DNA of 44,893 bases from a virus (Duplodnaviria > Caudoviricetes): IMG/VR virus record IMGVR_UViG_3300022183_000013, positions 1-44,893 of that record. One strand, written 5' to 3'. The notes below the pieces were generated by a model, which saw only the letters and a program-made list of their open reading frames with translations, ran no database searches and had not been told where the DNA came from. Made by a program: the position numbers and the translations under genes. Of the stretch, positions 1 through 7,136 are shown in pieces (position 1 is the first letter of the stretch; each line of letters opens with the position of its first letter).

Positions 1-1
1 G

Positions 2-265
2 ATCAAGATCCCGGCGGGTTTTGAAACAGACTTTGCGTCGATCCCGAGGTTCTTTCGGGTGGTCGCATCTCCTGCCACGGGCAAGCATCGGCTAGCGGCG
101 ATCCTTCACGACAGCCTCTATACCGACCGGATCTTTTCACGCGGGCTCTGTGATTGGTATTTCCGCGACGCCATGATCCGTGACGGTGTGCCGCTATGGC
201 TTGCCTGGATTATGTGGGCGGCGGTGCGAGTAGGGGGCGGCGGTCACTTCGACGCCACTAAATAA
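2..265 (+). CDS. DUF1353-family phage protein, 5' truncated by window edge
   Basis: Open frame from base 2: IKIPAGFETDFASIPRFF...AAILHDSLY...MWAAVRVGG, the motif set typical of DUF1353. Confidence 0.8.
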   Translation: MKIPAGFETDFASIPRFFRVVASPATGKHRLAAILHDSLYTDRIFSRGLCDWYFRDAMIRDGVPLWLAWIMWAAVRVGGGGHFDATK

Positions 266-291
266 CCCAAAAATCATCGAAAGGTCTGGCC

Positions 292-969
292 ATGCTGGCT
301 CAAAGCGTGGGCGATATCATTGCGCCCGAATCTCAAACATTGGCCGACTTCTTCGCGCTGTCGGAGGCGCGGCTGAATGACCACGGGCTGAACATCGACT
401 TCCGCGTAAACGATTCCGAACCGTTCTGCGCCGCGCAACGATCTTTCCGCGTCGAGCCGTTCAAGGGCTATCAGCCGGGCGTGAGCGAAACCGTCATGTC
501 CGCCGTGGTATCGAGAGACGGTAAGCCGATCGCGACGGTGGCGGGCATCCCCATGGTCCTAGACGGCACGCTGGCCTTTCATCTTGCTTGCCACGGCATC
601 TTTCCTGGCGAGACCCAAACCCTGTGCAATGAATCGCTGGAGATTGGCGAGACGATCACGTCAGGCGCGTGCTTTACCGGCGGCTTCGCGATCACGCCGG
701 ACCTGCGCGGCACCGAGATATCCAAGGTGCTGTTCGAGGTGTTGCCGGTGGTGATCCGGGCGGCGGCTTGGGGGCGCTATCAAGTTCCGTCGTTCTTCAT
801 GGTCCCGGCGGCGGATGAGATGATCGCGGCCCCGGCGAAGTTCGCGCTCAAGTACCGTGCCGAGCACCTTGTCCCGCAGGTGATATGGTCTGGGAAAAGA
901 TTGTTGCGGTGGTTTGGCTATGCCTCGCCCGAATACACTATGGGGATGGTGCGGGGTGTGGCGGATTAG
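292..969 (+). CDS. Hypothetical protein, possibly GNAT/acyltransferase-like fold
   Basis: 225-aa ORF; GGFAITPDLRGTEIS resembles a GNAT acyl-CoA-binding motif; function uncertain. Confidence 0.5.
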   Translation: MLAQSVGDIIAPESQTLADFFALSEARLNDHGLNIDFRVNDSEPFCAAQRSFRVEPFKGYQPGVSETVMSAVVSRDGKPIATVAGIPMVLDGTLAFHLACHGIFPGETQTLCNESLEIGETITSGACFTGGFAITPDLRGTEISKVLFEVLPVVIRAAAWGRYQVPSFFMVPAADEMIAAPAKFALKYRAEHLVPQVIWSGKRLLRWFGYASPEYTMGMVRGVAD

Positions 970-1175
970 TCGCGGGCCGCGTGGCGGTTGACACCGTCCA
1001 AGAGTTCGTACCATCGGTGGGGATAAAACCCAAGCCCCGAGAGCGCCGCTGCCGCAAGCATCCACCACCCGGAGTGCCCGAGCACGAAGACCGCATAGCC
1101 TGCGCCACCGATAGTTAGTCCGCCCCAGAAAATCACGTAGATAAGATACGACCAGACTATGAATTGCGGCTTCAT
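966..1175 (-). CDS. Small two-TM membrane protein
   Basis: 69 aa, two hydrophobic segments; last gene of the leftward operon, converging on 292-969. Confidence 0.65.
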   Translation of the reverse strand: MKPQFIVWSYLIYVIFWGGLTIGGAGYAVFVLGHSGWWMLAAAALSGLGFYPHRWYELLDGVNRHAARD

Positions 1176-1178
1176 CCC

Positions 1179-1757
1179 TCAAACCCTCGCCGTAACCGAT
1201 TTTACATCATCGCCATACGGCAACAATAGCGCCGTATATTCCGTGAGCATTGGCTTCCTTTCACGGACCACGAAGCCCCGCACCTTTTCGAAGCGAGCCT
1301 CAGCCTTCATCGCGCATGTCAGCATCCTGGCCTCGCACCAAGCCCCATAAGCGGGGTCTGGCTGTTCGGCCATGGGAATATCCACGACGCGCCCTGAGAA
1401 GCCCTCCCAAAGTCCGATGCCGCGCCCTTGCTGGCGTATCCATTGTCGCCCGTCACCGCCCCTGTAGGTATCGCTAGCCCTATCCGAGGCCCATTCGGGG
1501 ATCTCGCGCCGTCCTTGTCGCCAAGCGTCCAGGGCGGCTTTCTGTCCCGGCGATGCCAGCACGACCATTCGCTTCGGCCCAAGCGTGACATTGAGGAAGC
1601 TGTGACCGGCGGGCCGCGCGGCTTCCTTCACGGCGTCATACCCTTCCTCGAATGCGATTTCACGCGCCAGCCCGACCGTCGCCGCTGCCGCGAACCCCAC
1701 CAATACACCCCGCCGCGTCACGCCGCCGGGGGTACGGGATTTCATCCGATCAAGCAT
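1179..1757 (-). CDS. Hypothetical protein with twin-arginine-like N-terminus
   Basis: RBS GGAGAGGA before ATG; TRRGVLVGFAAAATVGLA. Confidence 0.65.
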   Translation of the reverse strand: MLDRMKSRTPGGVTRRGVLVGFAAAATVGLAREIAFEEGYDAVKEAARPAGHSFLNVTLGPKRMVVLASPGQKAALDAWRQGRREIPEWASDRASDTYRGGDGRQWIRQQGRGIGLWEGFSGRVVDIPMAEQPDPAYGAWCEARMLTCAMKAEARFEKVRGFVVRERKPMLTEYTALLLPYGDDVKSVTARV

Positions 1758-1823
1758 GTCCTCTCCCTATCCATCTCAGCCGGGACGGCGGCGTTATGTC
1801 GTGGCTACGCGGCCCCGTATAGG

Positions 1824-2075
1824 CTAGGCCCGAAACAGGCGGAACAATAAGAGAAGCGCGGCCACCATAATAATTGCCCCATACCAACCTTGGGCGATGA
1901 CTTGCGCCCATTTAAAAGGATCTAGCGGCTCCGATAGGTGAGGCGATATCAGCCATGCGACTCCGGCGGCGACCCAAGATCCTGCCGCAGGAAGTCCTAA
2001 AACGAACCATGCCAGAAAATGCCACCCGTCCTTGGTCATCGTCATGTCCTCCATCGTCAGTTGTGTCTCTGGCAC
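1824..2075 (-). CDS. Small membrane protein (start may be an internal ATG near 2045)
   Basis: Two hydrophobic helices; GGAGGA RBS precedes the internal ATG. Confidence 0.6.
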   Translation of the reverse strand: MPETQLTMEDMTMTKDGWHFLAWFVLGLPAAGSWVAAGVAWLISPHLSEPLDPFKWAQVIAQGWYGAIIMVAALLLLFRLFRA

Positions 2076-2122
2076 TCACTCCCGCCGACCCTTTCTAGGT
2101 CGGCTAGGTGAGGGTCATGGGG

Positions 2123-2674
2123 TTAGGCGGCTTCGTCCGCGATTTCGGGCTCAATCTGCTCAAGGAATTTTGGCCAAACACGCTCCCAGAACCCGACGCA
2201 TTCTGAGCTTGGTTCCGTGCGCGCGATATCCATCATGTCAGGGCCGATCGCTTTCATCACGGATGGCAGGGCGTCGATGATGTGATAAAAATGTGTCGCG
2301 TTCGTTCCGTAACCCAGGTCCCATTCTTCGGCGGATCTGAGGTCATCCCAAGCCTCGCGCGCTGCATGCTTATCAAGGCCCTCATGGCGTCGATGTTCAA
2401 GGATCGTTTCGCGAAGACACTCCAATGTTTTCTCGACCGAAAACACCTTCCAGCAAGCGCCGCGCGTTTTCTCCATGAAGTAACTACGATCAACCCCAGC
2501 CAGGAATTTCTTGAGCGATATGCCCCGGTACGCTGGCGGCCATTGGTGACAAAAGCTCCCATAGTCGCTGCTACACAAGAACGACCCGGTGGCTTCGTGA
2601 AGTGCAATGTTGGCCCAGACCCACCCCTCGGAGCGACCAGCACGGATCTCGTAGAATTCAGCAGTATCTTGCAC
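2123..2674 (-). CDS. Phage hypothetical protein
   Basis: 183-aa ORF in the leftward operon, GGAG RBS, ends in AA. Confidence 0.7.
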   Translation of the reverse strand: MQDTAEFYEIRAGRSEGWVWANIALHEATGSFLCSSDYGSFCHQWPPAYRGISLKKFLAGVDRSYFMEKTRGACWKVFSVEKTLECLRETILEHRRHEGLDKHAAREAWDDLRSAEEWDLGYGTNATHFYHIIDALPSVMKAIGPDMMDIARTEPSSECVGFWERVWPKFLEQIEPEIADEAA

Positions 2675-2678
2675 GTTG

Positions 2679-3071
2679 TCATCTCCATTTGCTGGTGTCC
2701 GTCGTCTGACCGGCCTCTGGCATCGGCTCGCCGGTATTGATCACATGCTGGAGCCTAGCGCGAAGGTCGGTTTCGCCGCCGCCGCTTGCTCTGGCGATAT
2801 GCATCTCGGCGATGGCAAGCGCGATTTGGTAGTTGCCAGCACGCTTGAGGGCGGATTCGGTCTTTTCCATCCAATAGTCCGCGTCATCATTCATCTGATC
2901 ATCCGGTGCCATGATCCCGCGCACATCGGCAGCGGTGGGTAGATGCGCGTCCTTGAGTTGCGTTCGCAGCCGATCGATCTCGTCGGCGGCTTCTTTCAGC
3001 AATGCGTCGTCGTCTACGGCATGCTCGTAGAATACCGTCGCCGGGGATCGCAGTTTGGTCGCGATATCCAT
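2679..3071 (-). CDS. Phage hypothetical protein
   Basis: MDIATKLR...LKEAADEIDRLR; ATG overlaps the upstream stop (TGATG). Confidence 0.7.
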   Translation of the reverse strand: MDIATKLRSPATVFYEHAVDDDALLKEAADEIDRLRTQLKDAHLPTAADVRGIMAPDDQMNDDADYWMEKTESALKRAGNYQIALAIAEMHIARASGGGETDLRARLQHVINTGEPMPEAGQTTDTSKWR

Positions 3072-3481
3072 CACGATTCTCCTGTCTGGTGAGTGGGGGA
3101 TGCCGCTTGGACCTCGCGCAATTTCGCTCTGATATAGTCCATCAGTCGCGGGGCCCGGCGCGGGAGATCGGAAAGGCCAGTGCCTATGCCATCGCGCGCG
3201 CATACCACCTTTCCGCCACGCCGGGCGTGCTCGATTACCGGCGCGAAGTCCGCGTCGAGTATCGCGGCGCATCGGGCGAAATCATCGTCTGACCAAAAGG
3301 CGTCATCGTTGCTGGAGGGGCGCCGCTTGGTCGCGATGCCGACGGCATTTGGTTCGCCGCGACAATACTTCGCCTGCCCGCCAAGTCCGGTCCGCTGCTC
3401 ATTGTCTCCGAAAAGATAAATGGTGTCTGGATTGGCGCGTACAGCTTTCCGAGTTATCCAGACCGCATAGGCCACGCTCAT
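3071..3481 (-). CDS. Conserved phage protein (FGDN...G.GGQA family, possibly macrodomain-like)
   Basis: NPDTIYLFGDNEQRTGLGGQAKYCRGEPNAVGIATK motif; RBS AGGAG before ATG 3481. Confidence 0.7.
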   Translation of the reverse strand: MSVAYAVWITRKAVRANPDTIYLFGDNEQRTGLGGQAKYCRGEPNAVGIATKRRPSSNDDAFWSDDDFARCAAILDADFAPVIEHARRGGKVVCARDGIGTGLSDLPRRAPRLMDYIRAKLREVQAASPTHQTGES

Positions 3482-3564
3482 GATCCGTCTCCTGTAGTGG
3501 GGGAAGAGAGTTTTGTGGCGACAGCGCTCGCAGCGCCGCATGAAAACCAGGATATGGTTCTCAT
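3478..3564 (-). pseudogene. N-terminal remnant of a PAPS-reductase-family (PP-loop) phage protein
   Basis: MRTISWFSCGAASAVATKL is the characteristic N-terminal loop of that family, but the frame stops after 28 aa. Confidence 0.6.
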
Positions 3565-3732
3565 GACGCCACCCCCATTTCCAACTTCCGCCCTAACCCC
3601 TTGAGGCCGTGTGGCGGGTGGAGCGGGTCGAAAGTTGGAAATCGCGCGGATATGCCGGAGGGTGCGCGCCCTCTCACGCCGTGAACGTGGTGGGACGTCG
3701 AGGCGCGATTTAGGATGAAACGGGAACGATTT

Positions 3733-3937
3733 TCCCAAACGGGCTCCCAAATGGCCAAAACCGGCCATCGCGGCAATCCCAAAATGTTAGTGAATTCAAT
3801 GGCTGGGGAACCTGGATTCGAACCAGGACCGACGGAGTCAGAGTCCGTTGAAGACCCTTGATTTATCATGCCTTTTTCCCCAAACGCTGCTTTTCGAGCA
3901 CTATACATATCAATACCTTACCCGTTTGCTCCCAAAC
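3733..3937. promoter_or_regulatory. Putative integrase arm-type sites and IHF site around attP
   Basis: (T/C)CCCAAA(C/T/A) at 3733, 3745, 3777, 3878 and 3930; perfect IHF consensus TATCAATACCTTA at 3908-3920. Confidence 0.6.
3800..3850 (-). other. attP: attP core: 3' half of tRNA-Gln(CTG)
   Basis: Minus strand CAACGGACT-CTG-ACTCCGTCGGTCCTGGTTCGAATCCAGGTTCCCCAGCCA gives anticodon arm, T-arm and acceptor 3' end with CCA; no canonical D-arm; directly downstream of the integrase. Confidence 0.9.
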
Positions 3938-4958
3938 GATTTGTAGACATCGGAAGAATGTCCGCGCCATCTCCGAGAAGGCTTTCGCGAGAGATGTAGA
4001 CAGTGTCGAGAATGCGCCCGACGTCGGCCAACGAGTGACCGCTTGCGCCGGATATCTTCGCATGGGTCCATCCCGACACAATCGCCCATCGGGTGATCGC
4101 CGTCCCTCGTAGATCGTGGAACGTGAGGCCGACAATCCCGGCGCGCTTGGCCGCTTTCCGCCATGAACTGGAGAAGCCATGAGAGGTGTAGGGGCGATCG
4201 CTTTCGTTGGTTACCATCTGGGGGCCGCGCTTTGGTTCTGCCTCTAGCTGGGCGCGCTCCAATGCGGTCAACTCTATTGCCACGCGCGTGCCGGTCTTTT
4301 GTTGCCTTAACCGTATTGTCCCGCCTTGGTAATCGGACCATCGCAGCTTAAGGATGTCTCCTTGCCGCTGTCCCGTGGCCAGCGCGAGGAACATCGCGAA
4401 CTGGAGAGAGTGCGAAGCGTTGGCGTAGAAGGCGTCGACATCGGCTTTCGTCCATACACTGTCCGCCCTTGTCGACCGGTAGAGTTTTCGAACCCGCTCT
4501 AGTGGGTTGGCTTCAATAAGACCGCGATCATCGGCCCATGATAATACAGCCTTCAGCACGGCGATTGTGTAATCGGCCTGCCGGACAGATGACCTTGCCA
4601 GCTCGTCACGCCATTCAAGGATCACGCCTCTTGATTTCTTGGCCTTCAATGCGATCAGGGGGAGTTTGCCAAATTTGGTCTCGATTTTCTTGACGTGCTT
4701 CACGTAGTCGGATCGAGTGCGATCGGCCAGACGGGCGAAATCAGCGGAGTCTTGGTATCGCCTCAAAACATGAAATAGAACCTTGGCGGTTGATTCCGGT
4801 CTCGCCTTCGATGCGGCGGTGTAATTTTCTAGGAATTCGGGTGTGCCCGGCTCGCCATGAATCCTTGGGCCTCCCTTGCCGTAGTAGTAGTAGGTTTGCA
4901 CCGAGCCGTCGGCGAGCTTACAACGGACTCGATTTATGTTTTTGAGGTTGGCCTTCAT
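3918..4958 (-). CDS. int: Tyrosine recombinase (phage integrase)
   Basis: TGQRQGDIL (Arg), FHDLRGT (HxxR), SGHS...VY catalytic motifs; adjacent to attP. Confidence 0.95.
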   Translation of the reverse strand: MKANLKNINRVRCKLADGSVQTYYYYGKGGPRIHGEPGTPEFLENYTAASKARPESTAKVLFHVLRRYQDSADFARLADRTRSDYVKHVKKIETKFGKLPLIALKAKKSRGVILEWRDELARSSVRQADYTIAVLKAVLSWADDRGLIEANPLERVRKLYRSTRADSVWTKADVDAFYANASHSLQFAMFLALATGQRQGDILKLRWSDYQGGTIRLRQQKTGTRVAIELTALERAQLEAEPKRGPQMVTNESDRPYTSHGFSSSWRKAAKRAGIVGLTFHDLRGTAITRWAIVSGWTHAKISGASGHSLADVGRILDTVYISRESLLGDGADILPMSTNRLGANG

Positions 4959-5173
4959 TTTTCAGTCGCCAAAAGGAATTGATCCAGCGCTTGATCCGGG
5001 TTGGTTTCCACGTCCATCGCGACGCCGTCGCTGGCGTCATCGGTGGTGAGCACTTCCATTGTGCCTTCAGCGAAACCGAACCTCAGCCGCCGGATAGGAA
5101 CGCCGGCAGCAGTGACCGCGCCTAGTGTGCGCTTGATGTCGTCGACTGTGAAGGCTGCCGCGCGCCTGGCCAT
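4955..5173 (-). CDS. Probable excisionase / recombination directionality factor
   Basis: 72 aa, overlaps the int start (ATGA); MARRAAAFTVDDIKR N-terminus typical of small genes upstream of alphaproteobacterial phage integrases. Confidence 0.6.
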   Translation of the reverse strand: MARRAAAFTVDDIKRTLGAVTAAGVPIRRLRFGFAEGTMEVLTTDDASDGVAMDVETNPDQALDQFLLATEK

Positions 5174-5187
5174 GGTCTCTATCCCTC

Positions 5188-5289
5188 CCTACGTTCACCG
5201 GCCAATTTGACGGCCTCCGCACCCGCCGCGTCGTCGGCAAAGCGAACATGATACCTACGTTCACCGGCCAATTTGACGGCCTCCGCACC
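5188..5289 (-). CRISPR. Mini CRISPR-like array B: two identical 36-nt repeats, one 30-nt spacer
   Basis: Repeat (minus strand) GGTGCGGAGGCCGTCAAATTGGCCGGTGAACGTAGG at 5188-5223 and 5254-5289; spacer 5224-5253; internal GGCC...GGCC hairpin. Confidence 0.8.
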
Positions 5290-5383
5290 TGATGAAGAGC
5301 AACCGATTGATTGGCCAAAGCGATTTCGCTTCGCGGCTGGAGAATTCCTCCTCCAGCCGGTCCGCGCGGCCCCGCATGGGCCG
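5290..5383 (-). promoter_or_regulatory. Leader/structured region of array B
   Basis: Perfect IHF consensus AATCAATCGGTTG (5300-5312, minus) 10 nt from the first repeat; hairpins at 5318-5331, 5334-5359 and 5367-5383. Confidence 0.55.
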
Positions 5384-5399
5384 TAATTTTCTGCGTTGA

Positions 5400-5597
5400 T
5401 CACGCCGCCAGAGCCGGTTTCTGTGCCTCGACGGCAGGGCGATTGAGCGCCTGATGGAGCGCGACTTCTTCCGCTTTCACGGCGGCAAACCCAGCCCGCG
5501 CGGCGGCGTCCGCGTGCTCGGACGAAATCTGATCGGCCAGGCACCGCTTGCGGACTTCGGCCATATCGTTGCATACGTCTTTGAGATGTTCGTTCAT
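5400..5597 (-). CDS. Small hypothetical protein between the TnpB-like gene and array B
   Basis: 65 aa, ATG overlaps the stop of the TnpB-like gene (ATGA), ends in AA. Confidence 0.65.
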   Translation of the reverse strand: MNEHLKDVCNDMAEVRKRCLADQISSEHADAAARAGFAAVKAEEVALHQALNRPAVEAQKPALAA

Positions 5598-6982
5598 GCT
5601 GCTTTCCTTCTCTTTTTGATGGCGCGACGTGCGCTCTTTACTTCCGCCACGGCGGCGGAAATCTCTTTGCCGATGGCGGCGCGCGGCGCTTCATCCGTTG
5701 TGGATCGAAACGCAATGCCCGCTTCATTGGCCTTGTATTCGAGAAACTGAATTGCTGTACCGGGGGCTTGTTCCAGGATCGCGCGATTAACCATGGCCAC
5801 GGTTCGAACGGCGTTCCCGTGGTTTTGCTTGTCACCCTTCGCGGACTTGGTTGTTGTCTTGATGGCAGGAGCGATCAAAGTGATGTCGCCAGCGCCCTTC
5901 AATAACCCGCTTGTCCATTGATGGAGGGACTCGCGACGGATGCGTGCGGCTTTGCCGCTGGCGAGTTGCGCTCGTCTTGTCCACTCTTTCCACCGCCGCG
6001 ACCCGCGTTTGAAGCGGGTGTCGCGTTCGGATTTGATCCGGTCAGCCTTTACCGTGAGGCGGGCGGCAGCTGCCATTTGACCGACTTCAACGCCCACATT
6101 GGCGGGCGGCGGCGTTCCTGTCCCCCTGTCGTCACCGGCTATTTGACCGGCCTCAACACCCTGCTCGGCCACGAGCCGGTACCACTTCACCCTGTCGTCA
6201 CCGGCTATTTGACCGGCCTCAACACCAGATGTTGAATAAGCCGTTGAAGTAGGCTGGTGATTCGCGACTTCCGTCATTGGAAAACGCGGGGGGGACATCC
6301 CCCCATTCCGCTCAACGCGAGCGAATTCGTCGATTAGGTTCATGTGAACGGTAAGGTCATCCGAGCCGGAAACGCGCCGGGCGGGCAGTTTCACCACGGC
6401 GGATAACCACCATGCGCCCTCGCGCCACAATACCTCACATGACCGGATTTGCTCGGGCTCGGTTGGGTCGATTGGAAACCGACCACGCACCTTTACTTCG
6501 CCTATGCCGAAAAACTTAGCGCGCCAGAGCTTCCCGGCCTTGTGCATCTTCCACCCACGATCACGGAACGGTATGGACGGGTGCCGGTCAGGATGACGGA
6601 ATCTCGGGTGCCCCGCTTCGGCGAAACTCTTGCCCTCTTTCAGGCGCCGGAAGAAAGCGGCATACGCCAAGTCGACGGCCTTGATGGCAAGTGCGGCGGT
6701 TGCTGCGGACAGATCCTGAAATTCTGGGCACTCGGAACGGAGCGTTTTGACCTCTTTGGACTGATCGTAAAACGATAGCGATTTGCCGCGCCGTCGGTAG
6801 CACTCCTCGCGTTGCTGAATGGCCGCGTTCCAAATATCACCGCACAAACGCCGCTGAACATGCATCGCGTGGGCCTGGGCCTTGTTCGGGTACATTTTGA
6901 AGGTGTACCGCCGCGCGAACAATTGTTGCGAGGCTGACGGATGATTCGCTATTGTCGTTTCCGAGGAGCGAAGATCGGTCAT
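5594..6982 (-). CDS. TnpB/Cas12-family RNA-guided DNA-binding protein, predicted nuclease-dead, with an in-frame CRISPR-like insertion
   Basis: TnpB motifs RRYTFKMYPNKAQ, IWNAAIQQR, VDLAYAAFFRR..GHPRFR, WWLSAVV, RRESLHQWT, KSAKG...NRAILEQ..G..IQFLEYKA. RuvC-I reads LTVHMNL (no Asp), RuvC-II reads LIAPAI (no Glu), and the Zn ribbon and RuvC-III are missing. RBS GGGAGAG before ATG 6982. Confidence 0.85.
   Translation of the reverse strand: MTDLRSSETTIANHPSASQQLFARRYTFKMYPNKAQAHAMHVQRRLCGDIWNAAIQQREECYRRRGKSLSFYDQSKEVKTLRSECPEFQDLSAATAALAIKAVDLAYAAFFRRLKEGKSFAEAGHPRFRHPDRHPSIPFRDRGWKMHKAGKLWRAKFFGIGEVKVRGRFPIDPTEPEQIRSCEVLWREGAWWLSAVVKLPARRVSGSDDLTVHMNLIDEFARVERNGGMSPPRFPMTEVANHQPTSTAYSTSGVEAGQIAGDDRVKWYRLVAEQGVEAGQIAGDDRGTGTPPPANVGVEVGQMAAAARLTVKADRIKSERDTRFKRGSRRWKEWTRRAQLASGKAARIRRESLHQWTSGLLKGAGDITLIAPAIKTTTKSAKGDKQNHGNAVRTVAMVNRAILEQAPGTAIQFLEYKANEAGIAFRSTTDEAPRAAIGKEISAAVAEVKSARRAIKKRRKAA
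6059..6226 (-). CRISPR. CRISPR-like array A inside the TnpB-like ORF: two identical plus one degenerate 36-nt repeats, two 30-nt spacers
   Basis: Repeat (minus strand) GGTGTTGAGGCCGGTCAAATAGCCGGTGACGACAGG at 6191-6226 and 6125-6160; degenerate copy at 6059-6094 on the same 66-nt period; spacers at 6161-6190 and 6095-6124. Confidence 0.8.
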
Positions 6983-7136
6983 CACCGCTCTCCCGCCTCT
7001 GGTGACCAATCCCGCAATCGCACGGTCGACTTTCTCAACACCCAGATTGATTTAGCCGGGCATACTCCAGCCGCGCCTGCTCCGGCGACGACGGGGGTCA
7101 CGATTTTACAAACAAGCACGCCGCCAAAATCAGCCA

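Noticed and set aside
3800-3882. Possible full-length tRNA-Gln, since TGGGGAA at 3882-3876 could close an acceptor stem
   Set aside because: 27 nt separate it from the anticodon stem (about 19 expected), there is no canonical D-arm, and the TGGGGAA is part of the repeated arm-type motif
5224-5253. Spacer B reads YHVRFADDAA on the minus strand, resembling the reverse-transcriptase (Y/F)ADD motif
   Set aside because: Ten residues in one of six frames is too weak without a nucleotide hit; kept only as a hint for the spacer search
5594-6982. Active IS200/IS605 or IS607 element
   Set aside because: No tnpA, catalytic residues and C-terminal nuclease parts are missing, and the gene is translationally coupled to phage neighbours
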